From: a virus
Direction: 5' to 3' (one strand)
Length of the DNA stretch: 40,241 bases
Virus record (IMG/VR): IMGVR_UViG_3300020181_000005
Location: 1-40,241 of that record
Shown: positions 33,501 to 40,241 of the stretch, piece after piece
How positions within the stretch are numbered: position 1 is the first letter of the stretch
Layout: every line of letters starts with the position of its first letter
Made by a program: the position numbers and the translations under genes
The notes under the pieces: generated by a model
Told to the model about the DNA's origin: nothing
Databases searched by the model: none
Seen by the model: the letters and a program-made list of their open reading frames with translations, nothing else

Positions 33501-34584
33501 CGGGGCGACCGGACCTCAGGGGCCCGTCGGTGCGACGGGACCGACGGGGCCTGCAGGGACGATCACGGGCGCGAGCGCGACTGCTCTCGCCGAGGGTGCA
33601 GCGCCGACTGTGGCGCTGGGTGGCAGCGCGACGGCGCGCACGTTCGCGTTCGGTATCCCCAGAGGGGCGACGGGAGCTCAGGGCCCGCAGGGCGTGAAGG
33701 GCGATACGGGCGCGACTGGGGCGACTGGCCCGGCTGGTCCGACGGGGCCCAAGGGTGACACGGGCGCAGTGGGTCCGACGGGGCCGACCGGCCCGAAGGG
33801 GGACACGGGAGCTCAGGGCCCGAAGGGCGATACTGGCGCTGCCGGGCCGAAGGGCGACACGGGGGCGACGGGACCGACCGGCGCGACTGGCCCGAAGGGT
33901 GACAAGGGCGACAAGGGCGACCCCGCTCGAGTGAGCACTACATCGACTTCGAGCATCATCATCGGGACCGTGTCGCCGACGTTCGCGCTCGCTCAGCCGC
34001 TCGATCTGACCGTCGGCGCGTACGTGCGCGCGTCGCGGATCGGCGACCCGACGGTCTACATGGCCGGGCATGTCACGGCGATCTCGGCGTCGTCGATCAC
34101 GTTCACCGTGTACGAGTCGGCGGGGGCGGGGACGTTCACCGACTGGCGCATCGAGCTCGCGGGACGTCGCGGCGAGCAGGGCCCTCGCGGTCTGACCGGC
34201 GTCACGGGCGCGACTGGCCCGAAGGGCGACACGGGGGCGACCGGGCCGCAGGGACCGCCTGGACCGGGCATGGAAGACACCGGCTGGCTGTCTCTGACGC
34301 CGAGCGGCAGTTTCTCGTCGGGTGGCGTGGTGCGTTATCGCGTCATGGATCGAGTCGTTCACCTGCGCCTCGACGTGCAGGCGCCCAACGGCGTGCCGGG
34401 CGGCGCGGTGATCGCGACGCTGCCGCCGTCTGCGCGTCCCGGCGCGGATGCGTGGCTGCCTGCAGCGTTCTGGGGCAACGTCTTCACGCCGATCAAGGTG
34501 ACGTCGGGCGGAGTGATCTCTGTAGGCGCGTCGATGGGCGGCGGTACGGGCGTGCTGGGTAACGCCTCATTCCCGGTCGGGTAG
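30553..34584 (+). CDS. Minor tail protein: Sipho_Gp37-like N-terminal domain fused to a long collagen-like beaded fibre with a globular C-terminal head
   Basis: TAATG coupling. The N-terminus [45 protein letters not shown] is Gp37-like. Many Gly-X-Y tracts are interrupted by repeated globular modules. 1343 aa. Confidence 0.85.
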   Translation: MRRTDVLVEIRNRELERVGVITPRYLNLKATLRHNNVGDWELKLPGNHPRVPDLSTPGSGVVVSMLNESGELEPRFSGPTSHPKRKRDRENPDGTLTFTGVTDTILLADARAFPDPTNPNPAQQAKTNDTRSGNAEALLRAYVSLNITAAGAPPQRVAGLRRFLRVEEQSLQRGAWMTKSPRFQNLLELCNEIGTLAQLGFRVIQRGDDLVFEVLDVRDVSDTVRLDIDNGTLISEEVEESGPSVTRVIVAGQGQGTERQILTRTTAESAAAENTWGRVIEDFVDARDTDDVAELEQSGDEKLVEGGSPATSVKVIAADDQTMRYSIDWREGDIVGAVVSGQSVSTVVTAATIIVNSEFVGVGAAIGDVVGFDKNAALTKRVDDIDSRVERIERTHEGGGDGLPGPEGEQGPPGPPNALTIGSVTSSGDGGAGSVTITGEPPAQTLSFVLPRGSRGSQGPQGPIGATGPTGPTGPKGDKGDTGATGPQGPIGATGAQGPQGVKGDTGATGAVGAPAIVSTHSTATAQIVGPGSMVGLSLETATSALRWGDGQTVTMRPDADKSIFMTGTVGGGSPTGYVFDIQDTNGVVGASYTGWSVTISGARGAKGDTGSRGPTGATGPTGPKGDTGATGPQGPQGLKGDTGATGPTGPKGDTGPQGLQGPKGDTGAVGPQGPTGATGATGPKGDTGATGPQGPSGTITSATAAALAAGATPTITLGGTPQARTLAFGIPRGATGATGPQGPVGATGPQGAKGDTGDRARVSAQADGTAQLVAPGQIFSIGHTPGPEVLMWGDDQTVIIRPFDSSTDYMIGTLGGGGPTGYFFDITDTVGLVGTSYTGWSIAISGPRGPRGEIGPVGQRGTPGDPGITHAESSSSADIPAVGSTLQLDMVPPANRLQWGDRQTVLLRPTSNDQLWVLAMLVDQGSSTHTYEVIDTNAQLGNSYSGWSVAIAGVRGPQGEQGPRGNTGPTGATGPQGVKGDTGATGPQGPVGATGPTGPAGTITGASATALAEGAAPTVALGGSATARTFAFGIPRGATGAQGPQGVKGDTGATGATGPAGPTGPKGDTGAVGPTGPTGPKGDTGAQGPKGDTGAAGPKGDTGATGPTGATGPKGDKGDKGDPARVSTTSTSSIIIGTVSPTFALAQPLDLTVGAYVRASRIGDPTVYMAGHVTAISASSITFTVYESAGAGTFTDWRIELAGRRGEQGPRGLTGVTGATGPKGDTGATGPQGPPGPGMEDTGWLSLTPSGSFSSGGVVRYRVMDRVVHLRLDVQAPNGVPGGAVIATLPPSARPGADAWLPAAFWGNVFTPIKVTSGGVISVGASMGGGTGVLGNASFPVG
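31756..34269 (+). repeat. In-frame collagen-like (Gly-X-Y)n tracts alternating with two families of repeated modules
   Basis: [25 protein letters not shown]-type triplets. About 45-aa modules occur three times (..LGG..A(R/Q)T(L/F)(A/S)F..PRG..). About 85-90-aa modules occur four times (..WGD.QTV..RP...Y(T/S)GWS(V/I).I(S/A)G.RG). Confidence 0.9.
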
Positions 34585-34613
34585 GGCAGAATAGCAGCGA
34601 CGAGAGGCACGAC

Positions 34614-36029
34614 ATGGCAGAGAACAGCTGGCCGTTCGAGAATCAGCTGACCACCGAAGCGCAGTACAGCAAGCTCTTCGCGACCGCGCTCGACACGGGC
34701 GTCGTGTCGGGGCTGGGGCTGTCTGCGGGTTCCGGCATGGTCGTGAACGTCGCGGCGGGTGCCGCGATCCTGCAGGGTTTCTATTACGAGAACACGAGTG
34801 CGAAGGCGCTCACGGTCGGCGCCGCGCCTGCTGCGGGGACAGCTCGCAAGGACTACGTGCTGCTGCGACTGGATCTCACGGCAAACACGATCACTGCCGT
34901 CGTGAAGGCGGGCACCGCGAACGCGTCGGGCGGCACGCTGCCCGCGCTGACGCAGACCGCTGCAGTCTGGGAGCTGCCGCTGGGTGAGATCAGCGTCGCC
35001 TCAGGCGTCGTGTCGATCACGTCGGCGATGATCGTCGAGCGCGCGGTGCGCACGGGGCTGAGAGTCATCCCCTACGCGACGTCGGCGACTCGCCCGTCGC
35101 CTGCTGCAAGCCAGATCGCGCTCGGCGTGAACACGACCACGCGGCAGATCGAGGTCTGGGTGAGTGGCACGTGGTACTCGATCACGCCGGATCTGTCGTG
35201 GTCGGCGATCACCGGCAAGCCGACGACGTTCGCGCCGTCTGCGCACTCGCACAGCTGGGCGTCGATCACCGGCAAGCCGACTGAGTTCCCGCCTGAGGTA
35301 CACGAGCACGGCCCGACTTCGGTGAACATGGGGTCGACGCTGGGGAACCTCGCGCTGAAGCAGTGGGCCGAGCAGATCGACGCTATCGTCCGGGGCGCGG
35401 CGACTGACGCGACGAACAACAGCCTGGCGAAGCGTGACGCGAACGGCGGTCTGACGGTCCGGTCGCTGTGGATGAACGAGCAGGGGCAGAACCGTCAGCA
35501 CGCCGCCCAGCGCGGCTACGTCGACGATCGTGTCGCGGGACTCGCGACGAAGGGCGACGTCGACGCTCGCGCGACGTGGAGCGCGACTGACGGGCTGTAC
35601 GACGGGCGACTGAGCCCGAACGTCTTCAACCGCATCCTGTCGACGAACTACCGCGCCGTGTGGATCGGCGGCGACGGTGTTCTCGGGCATGTGCCGTCGT
35701 CGCGACGGTTCAAGCAGAACATTGAGGACGCCCCGTCGCTCGTGCAGGCGCTGCTCGACGCGCGAGTCGTCACGTACCGCTATCGGGCAGCCGTGCGCGA
35801 GCAGGGCGATCGCGCGCCCGTCGAGTTCGGTCTGATCGCCGAAGAGGCGCACGAGGCGGGGCTGACCCCGTTCGTCTACTTCGACGAGAAGGGGCCGCTG
35901 GGCGTCAACTACGACCGCATTACGGTCGCACTCATCCAGGCCGTGCAGAGCTTGGCGGAGGACAATCGGGATCTGCTCGCTCGAGTCGATGAGCTCGAGC
36001 GGCGGACTATCACCATGACAGGAGAGTGA
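34614..36029 (+). CDS. Tail fibre protein with a C-terminal intramolecular chaperone (peptidase S74-like) domain
   Basis: Two tail-fibre repeats occur: ITGKPTTFAPSAHSH and ITGKPTEFPPEVHEH. The C-terminus SSRRFKQNIEDAP...VEFGLIAEEAHEAGL...VNYDRITVALIQAVQSL is typical of auto-cleaving chaperone domains. Confidence 0.8.
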   Translation: MAENSWPFENQLTTEAQYSKLFATALDTGVVSGLGLSAGSGMVVNVAAGAAILQGFYYENTSAKALTVGAAPAAGTARKDYVLLRLDLTANTITAVVKAGTANASGGTLPALTQTAAVWELPLGEISVASGVVSITSAMIVERAVRTGLRVIPYATSATRPSPAASQIALGVNTTTRQIEVWVSGTWYSITPDLSWSAITGKPTTFAPSAHSHSWASITGKPTEFPPEVHEHGPTSVNMGSTLGNLALKQWAEQIDAIVRGAATDATNNSLAKRDANGGLTVRSLWMNEQGQNRQHAAQRGYVDDRVAGLATKGDVDARATWSATDGLYDGRLSPNVFNRILSTNYRAVWIGGDGVLGHVPSSRRFKQNIEDAPSLVQALLDARVVTYRYRAAVREQGDRAPVEFGLIAEEAHEAGLTPFVYFDEKGPLGVNYDRITVALIQAVQSLAEDNRDLLARVDELERRTITMTGE

Positions 36030-36033
36030 TCGC

Positions 36034-36294
36034 ATGAGCTTCGTCGAGATCGACGGGCACAAGGTCGATGAGCGGTTGGTCGATCGGTTCTACAACGCGC
36101 ACGACGGGTCGCGCGTCAGCGATGAGGACTGGGACGAGTCGAAGCGTCGCGAACTCGCGGCTGTCGACGACGTCGCCGAGACTGAGGAAGAGGCTCTCGC
36201 GCGCATGGCGCGGCTGCGTGCCCGCGTGCTGCCGCCGTCCCCGGCTGCAGTGTCGGCGCCGGTCGAGCGTCTCGCGGAAGATGGGGAGCTCTGA
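36034..36294 (+). CDS. hypothetical acidic protein
   Basis: GGAGAG ribosome-binding site; 86 aa. Confidence 0.6.
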   Translation: MSFVEIDGHKVDERLVDRFYNAHDGSRVSDEDWDESKRRELAAVDDVAETEEEALARMARLRARVLPPSPAAVSAPVERLAEDGEL

Positions 36295-36296
36295 TC

Positions 36297-37127
36297 ATGG
36301 CCGGGACTCTGAATCTGTTCGACGGCGTCGATCTCACGGCGCCGAGTGAGTACGCGTCGCGGCTCGGTGAGAAGCCGCAGTATCTCGAAATCCATCACGG
36401 CACGCTGACGTCGTTCAGTGGGCTGAAGTCACTCATGGCGCCCGGTGGCCGGACTGTGTCGGCCAACGGCGCTATGTCGAACACGGGGTGGCTCGACGAG
36501 GTCGTGCCGTTCTGGTCGCGTGCGTTCACTTCGGCGAGCGCGTTCGACCGGAAGGCATTCACGGTCGAGGTCTGTAACACGACGCTGGGTCCGCAGTGGG
36601 GGATCTCGGCGCTGTGTCGTGAGCGTCTCGCGATCCTCGCGGTGGCGCTCTACAAGGCCGGATTCCTGGGGTCGCTGACACGCGCCCATATCATCGGTCA
36701 CAATGAGGTGCCCGGCACGTACGCGACGGCCTGTCCGGGGCCGGATATGAACCTCGACTGGATCGTCCAGCGAGCGCAGCAGATCTACAAGGGAGAAGAC
36801 GACGTGGCCGCTGAAAACGACTACATGACCAACTTCATGGGGCACGAGGTTCCCGTAGCGACGGTGCTGAACGGCATCGAGCTGCGGCTGTCGGGCCTGG
36901 GCGACTGGATCGGGGATCTGCGCGTGCAGCTGCTCGAGCTCGCCAACTACAAGGGCGAGACGGTCGGCCTGCCCGCGATCGCGAGCGCGACTGAGGGTCG
37001 CGTGTCCGAGGTTCAGGCTGCGCTGCGTGAGATCGCGCAGCGTCCGCTCTCGCTCGATCTCGCGACGGTGTCGGACGAGTACCTCGAGGCGGCGGCTGCT
37101 GAGCTCGCGCGTCGACGGAACAAGTGA
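36297..37127 (+). CDS. Endolysin, N-acetylmuramoyl-L-alanine amidase (amidase_2/PGRP type)
   Basis: ...YLEIHHGT...FTVEVCN...IIGHNEVPGTYATACPGP... are Zn-amidase motifs. 276 aa with a helical C-terminal region. Confidence 0.8.
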   Translation: MAGTLNLFDGVDLTAPSEYASRLGEKPQYLEIHHGTLTSFSGLKSLMAPGGRTVSANGAMSNTGWLDEVVPFWSRAFTSASAFDRKAFTVEVCNTTLGPQWGISALCRERLAILAVALYKAGFLGSLTRAHIIGHNEVPGTYATACPGPDMNLDWIVQRAQQIYKGEDDVAAENDYMTNFMGHEVPVATVLNGIELRLSGLGDWIGDLRVQLLELANYKGETVGLPAIASATEGRVSEVQAALREIAQRPLSLDLATVSDEYLEAAAAELARRRNK

Positions 37128-37609
37128 AGAGCGAGCTGCTCGTCGGCGCCAAGCGCGTCCGGCTTGAGAGGGCGATCTGGGTTGTTGACCTGATCGCCTA
37201 TCTCGTGCTGGCCGTGGCTGGCGTCGGCGCAGCAGTCGACCCATCGGAGTACGTGCAGCGCACTGTGCAATTCGAGTGGGCGCTGTGGGTCTGGGGCTTC
37301 CTGCTCGCGGGGGGCGGCGCTGTCGCGTTCATCGGGCGGCTGTCGCGAGTGTGGGCGCTCGAGTTCCCGGCGAACGTCGCTGCAGGGTGGGGCGCCGCTC
37401 TCTACGGGCTCATTCTCGTGCCGACGATCCAGTCGGGCGGTTCGCTCGCGCTGGCGGCTATCGTCGTCGTGGCGGGGCTGTTCGTGCTGCGGCGCTACAT
37501 AGAGCTGAAGATCTTCACGAACGAGCCGGGCGTCGACTCGATCCGTAAGCGGCTGGATGCCGCATTCAGGAGACGAACCAAGAACATCGTGCCCCGCATG
37601 CACTACTGA
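37124..37609 (+). CDS. Membrane protein (about 4 TM), holin-like
   Basis: GTGA-coupled to the endolysin gene. Multiple hydrophobic helices. Confidence 0.6.
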   Translation: MKSELLVGAKRVRLERAIWVVDLIAYLVLAVAGVGAAVDPSEYVQRTVQFEWALWVWGFLLAGGGAVAFIGRLSRVWALEFPANVAAGWGAALYGLILVPTIQSGGSLALAAIVVVAGLFVLRRYIELKIFTNEPGVDSIRKRLDAAFRRRTKNIVPRMHY

Positions 37610-37619
37610 GGGGGCTGCT

Positions 37620-38024
37620 GTGAACTTCGAGGCGATGCTGCCCTGGCTGGTAGGTGTGGGCGGCGGTGGGGGACTGCTCGCGCTGGTGAAGGCGATCATG
37701 GAGGTCGTCGGCAAGGTGCGGGCGGGCGTGTCTGCGCGCGAGGGGAAGAGGCGCGTGGATCTCGTCGAGCAGCGGGACGCGGCGGTGCTGAAAGCGCAGC
37801 TGGCCGAAGAGCGCGCGAACCGCTACCGCGATGAGCGCGACGTGGCCGATCAGGTGGCGCTCGCGTCGCGACGTAACGAGCAGCGCGCTCGTGAGCATGC
37901 GGCGGAGCTGCGCATCGAGCTCATGGAGCGTGCGGGGATGCGGCGCGAAGAGCTCCCACCGTGGCCTGAAATGGAGGACACTATTCCTCGTAGCGCACTA
38001 CCCAATCGAAAGGATGACCAATGA
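37620..38024 (+). CDS. Membrane-anchored coiled-coil protein (lysis-associated)
   Basis: GTG start. One N-terminal TM (LPWLVGVGGGGGLLALV), then a charged helical region. 134 aa. Confidence 0.55.
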   Translation: MNFEAMLPWLVGVGGGGGLLALVKAIMEVVGKVRAGVSAREGKRRVDLVEQRDAAVLKAQLAEERANRYRDERDVADQVALASRRNEQRAREHAAELRIELMERAGMRREELPPWPEMEDTIPRSALPNRKDDQ

Positions 38025-38281
38025 CCAATACCCCTGGTGTGGGCGATCATGTCGCCCCCAGTGACACTCCGAACGTCGTGGTGCAGAGCCCCGGCGTTCG
38101 CAAGGCGATCAACGTCGGAGTGTCGGCTGTCGCGATCGTGCTCGGCACGGTGATCGTCGTCGACGCTGCTGCGCCGGAGTTCGATCTGGCTCAGTTCACG
38201 AACCCTGTTTCGGCGGCGGTGCTGTACCTCGCGAGCGTGTTCAACCTCGCGGTGAGCCTGCCGAACACGCCGCGCCGCTGA
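38021..38281 (+). CDS. Small 2-TM membrane protein, holin-like
   Basis: ATGA coupling; 86 aa; two hydrophobic helices. Confidence 0.6.
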   Translation: MTNTPGVGDHVAPSDTPNVVVQSPGVRKAINVGVSAVAIVLGTVIVVDAAAPEFDLAQFTNPVSAAVLYLASVFNLAVSLPNTPRR

Positions 38282-38309
38282 CAGGCGACGCTCTCACAGG
38301 CGAACAGCG

Positions 38310-38339
38310 CGCCCTCGGTGTCTTCGGACGTCGGGGGCG
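38310..38339 (+). terminator. Intrinsic terminator at the end of the late/lysis operon
   Basis: GC-rich stem CGCCCTCG.../...CGGGGGCG with an inner GTC-TTCG-GAC tetraloop, followed by TTTCTGTG. Confidence 0.75.
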
Positions 38340-38372
38340 TTTCTGTGCCCGCAGATCGCCGCTGAGCTGGCC

Positions 38373-38390
38373 GCGTTTCACGTGAAACGC
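38373..38390. promoter_or_regulatory. Perfect 18-bp palindrome GCGTTTCACGTGAAACGC (candidate operator)
   Basis: Read directly. It lies in the 220-bp non-coding region between the late terminator and the first early-region gene. Confidence 0.4.
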
Positions 38391-38504
38391 GAGCGCTGAC
38401 GGACACGCCCGAGATGCACGACGGTTAGACAACGTTGTTCTACTGGTAATAGCATCGTGTCAACGAGCCAGGCGCTCGACTCCCCTACACACGAAAGGCA
38501 CACC

Positions 38505-38927
38505 ATGACGAATGACGAAGCAGTGCAGGCGCTGCGCGAGCTGCGCGAAGCGCGCCCGGCACTCGACCCCGAAGAGGTCGTACGTCGCGCGACGATGATC
38601 CTCGACCGCAGCACGCTCTGCCCGCTGGATCTCACGACGTATCTCGCCGTCGACCGTGGACTCGAGGGCGTCGCTCTCGCCCGCACCGTTGGCCGGTTCG
38701 CGACTCGCGTCGCCGAGCTGTACGAGAGCAAGCATGGCGCCCGCCCCCTGAAGCGCTACGAGTTCGTGCCCGGTGTCGGCATGCGACCCGTGAGCGCCTA
38801 CGTCGAAGACGACCGCCCCCTGTTCGATCGCGCATGGCGCGAGATCACCGGCGACTGGGACGCTCTCGGCACGAAGATCGACGCGCTGTGCGTGAATGAA
38901 GAGACGATGCTGCGGGCGGTGAGCTGA
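38505..38927 (+). CDS. hypothetical protein (first gene of the early region)
   Basis: Exact conserved GAAAGGCACACC-ATG; 140 aa. Confidence 0.7.
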   Translation: MTNDEAVQALRELREARPALDPEEVVRRATMILDRSTLCPLDLTTYLAVDRGLEGVALARTVGRFATRVAELYESKHGARPLKRYEFVPGVGMRPVSAYVEDDRPLFDRAWREITGDWDALGTKIDALCVNEETMLRAVS

Positions 38928-38928
38928 C

Positions 38929-39177
38929 GTGGCCGTGTTCGCCTTCGAGCGTGAGCTGTCTATCCCCGTCGAGGCTGGCGGCGTCGAGATCTCGCGACTC
39001 CACGTCGCGATCATCGACAGCGCGTCGCTGGATCGGATCAAGTTCGACGGTCAGCGCGGCGCCGACTCGACGCGCACGCTCGAGCAGATCGAGAAGGTGC
39101 TGCGGCAGCCTGCGCCGACGGCGGAGCGAGTGTCGCTGGCGCTCGAGCTCGTCGAAGAGTGGCGGCTGAAGCAGTGA
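38929..39177 (+). CDS. hypothetical protein
   Basis: The GTG lies 1 nt after the upstream stop. 82 aa. Confidence 0.6.
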   Translation: MAVFAFERELSIPVEAGGVEISRLHVAIIDSASLDRIKFDGQRGADSTRTLEQIEKVLRQPAPTAERVSLALELVEEWRLKQ

Positions 39178-39194
39178 GCGGCGCAAGTCAGCGC

Positions 39195-39220
39195 TAACTT
39201 AGTTCTACTCGTTCTAACTT
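39195..39220 (+). promoter_or_regulatory. Promoter-family copy I, with a second TAACTT 20 bp downstream
   Basis: TAACTTAGTTCTACTCGTTCTAACTT. No clear -35. Confidence 0.35.
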
Positions 39221-39234
39221 CCCCAGGAGGGGTC

Positions 39235-39414
39235 ATGAAAACCATTCTCGGAGGGCTCGCCCTCATCGTCGGCTGGTATCTGCTGCACGTCGTCATCGCC
39301 GTGCCGCTGCTGGCTCTGATCGTCGCCGTCGCCCTATGGGTCGCGTTCGCTCTCGTCCTGCGCGCAGAGCGTCGCCGCGCACAGGAGCGCCTCGACTACA
39401 TGGCGCGCCGGTGA
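39235..39414 (+). CDS. small membrane protein (59 aa)
   Basis: Not in the ORF track. CAGGAGGGGTC-ATG; MKTILGGLALIVGWYLLHVVIAVPLLALIVAVALWVAFALVL...; its stop overlaps the next GTG. Confidence 0.55.
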   Translation: MKTILGGLALIVGWYLLHVVIAVPLLALIVAVALWVAFALVLRAERRRAQERLDYMARR

Positions 39415-40022
39415 TCGTCGCAGGCGCCGACGTGTCGCTGACAGGGCTCGCGCTCGCGTTCATCGACACGAAGAGCAGGCGCATCCGCTGGTCGCTGCAC
39501 TCATCGGCCTCGATCCCGCGCGTGCCTTCCCCGGGCGGCGGACGCAAGGGACGATCGAAGGATCGCGGCGTGACCCCCGTCTGGCTGCGAGCTCGCCGCA
39601 TCGACACGCTCGCTCAGCAGGCGCTGCTGAACATGCCCCGCGACCTGCACGCCGCCGCGATCGAGGCGCCCAGCTACATGAGCAAGAGCGTGTCCACGCA
39701 CGAGCGGTCGGGCGTCTGGTGGCAGATCGGCATAGCGCTCGAGCAGCGCGCGCACGGCAACCTCGTCGAGATCTCCCCGCGTCAGCGCGCACAGTACGCC
39801 ACCGGCGACGGCGGCGCCGACAAGGAGTCGGTGGTCGCGCATAGCCTGGCCCAGTACCCGCAGCTCGACAGCCGAGACGACAACGTCGTCGACGCCGTCG
39901 TACTCGCGGCTATGGTCGCTCGTCATCTCGGCGAACCGATCGAAGAGTTTGACCCCGCTCCCGGCAATCTCGAGGCGCTGCGCTTCGTGCTCTGGCCTGA
40001 TCACCTGAAAGGAACACCGTGA
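39411..40022 (+). CDS. RuvC-like Holliday junction resolvase
   Basis: VIVAGADVSLTGLALAFID..., ...AAIEAPSY... and ...GDGGADKESV...DDNVVDAVVLAAM are RuvC-fold catalytic motifs. 203 aa. Confidence 0.75.
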   Translation: MIVAGADVSLTGLALAFIDTKSRRIRWSLHSSASIPRVPSPGGGRKGRSKDRGVTPVWLRARRIDTLAQQALLNMPRDLHAAAIEAPSYMSKSVSTHERSGVWWQIGIALEQRAHGNLVEISPRQRAQYATGDGGADKESVVAHSLAQYPQLDSRDDNVVDAVVLAAMVARHLGEPIEEFDPAPGNLEALRFVLWPDHLKGTP

Positions 40023-40241
40023 ACACGATCACTACTCTCTCGAGGGTCGGCATTCTCGACCGACTGCGGGGCCCGTCGAGCGACGACCGTGCCGCATGGC
40101 TCGAGGCGCGTCGCCAGGGCTGCAGCGCGACCGAAGCACGCGATCTCGCGAAGGGATACGGCGCTGATCGTCGCCGGATCAAGATCGAGAAGCTGACCGG
40201 CGAACGCCCCGATCTCACGGGTAACCGCTACATCGAGCGCG
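40019..40241 (+). CDS. YqaJ-like exonuclease, 5' part (continues at base 128 of the window through the 127-bp repeat)
   Basis: The GTG overlaps the resolvase stop (GTGA). The reading frame runs in phase into the repeat and on to 948. The reconstructed gene is 1044 nt (347 aa). Confidence 0.8.
   Translation, partial: MNTITTLSRVGILDRLRGPSSDDRAAWLEARRQGCSATEARDLAKGYGADRRRIKIEKLTGERPDLTGNRYIER
40115..40241. repeat. Terminal direct repeat, copy 2; identical to 1-127
   Basis: Same 127-nt string as the window start. An ORF reads through the join in frame. Confidence 0.95.

Noticed and set aside
31756-34269. Dense short direct repeats that could be mistaken for a CRISPR array or a non-coding tandem repeat
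   Set aside because: All repeats are in frame within one long ORF and encode Gly-X-Y collagen triplets and protein modules. There is no repeat-spacer periodicity.
38425-38445. GACAACGTTGTTCTAC as an eleventh member of the TAACTTAGTTCT promoter family
   Set aside because: It shares only the GTTCT core. The position equivalent to the -10 reads CAACGT, not TANNNT, and no TTGC hexamer lies 17 bp upstream. It is treated as part of the early control region instead.
1-40241. Searched by eye for integrase (tyrosine or serine), CI/Cro-like repressor, partition ATPase, DNA polymerase, primase, DNA methyltransferase, reverse transcriptase and CRISPR/Cas components
   Set aside because: No ORF showed the corresponding catalytic motifs. 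Absence by eye is weak evidence, so the lytic lifestyle is only a tentative inference and needs HMM searches.

Overview
This window is a complete, circularly closed phage genome. Bases 1-127 are identical to 40115-40241, so the unique length is 40114 bp. It is GC-rich, with codon third positions mostly G/C, and looks like a siphovirus of a high-GC Gram-positive (actinobacterial) host. All but one of about 67 predicted genes are on the + strand, and many are translationally coupled through GTGA/ATGA/TAATG overlaps.

Module order on the circle:
- Early recombination and replication (38505 -> junction -> 8015): RuvC-like resolvase, YqaJ-type exonuclease spanning the junction, RecT-like annealase, HNH endonuclease, replisome-organizer-like protein, DnaB helicase, SSB, ParB-like nuclease-domain protein and a Mom-like GNAT-fold protein.
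- A tRNA-like element and a bidirectional terminator (8034-8150).
- The only reverse-strand gene (8160-8402), transcribed divergently from a HicA-like gene.
- About 20 small genes of unknown function (8.7-15.1 kb), including a DUF932-like gene and an excisionase-type HTH gene.
- Packaging and head genes (15.3-25.8 kb): TerS, TerL, portal, a MuF-like protein with a C-terminal ADP-ribosyltransferase domain, three small inserted cassettes, scaffold, capsid and connectors.
- Tail genes (25.8-36.0 kb): major tail protein, chaperones with a GGGAAAA -1 frameshift, tape measure, Dit-like protein, a 1343-aa collagen-like beaded fibre, and a tail fibre with an S74 chaperone domain.
- Lysis genes (36.3-38.3 kb).

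I recognised no integrase, immunity repressor, DNA polymerase or primase.

The most notable non-coding signal is a reiterated promoter plus 5'UTR cassette (TTGCGN-17-TAACTTAGTTCTC ... ACTCCCA ... GAAAGGCACACC-ATG). It is often fused to terminator hairpins and in several cases gives leaderless genes. All functional calls come from motif and architecture recognition by eye. No database search was run.
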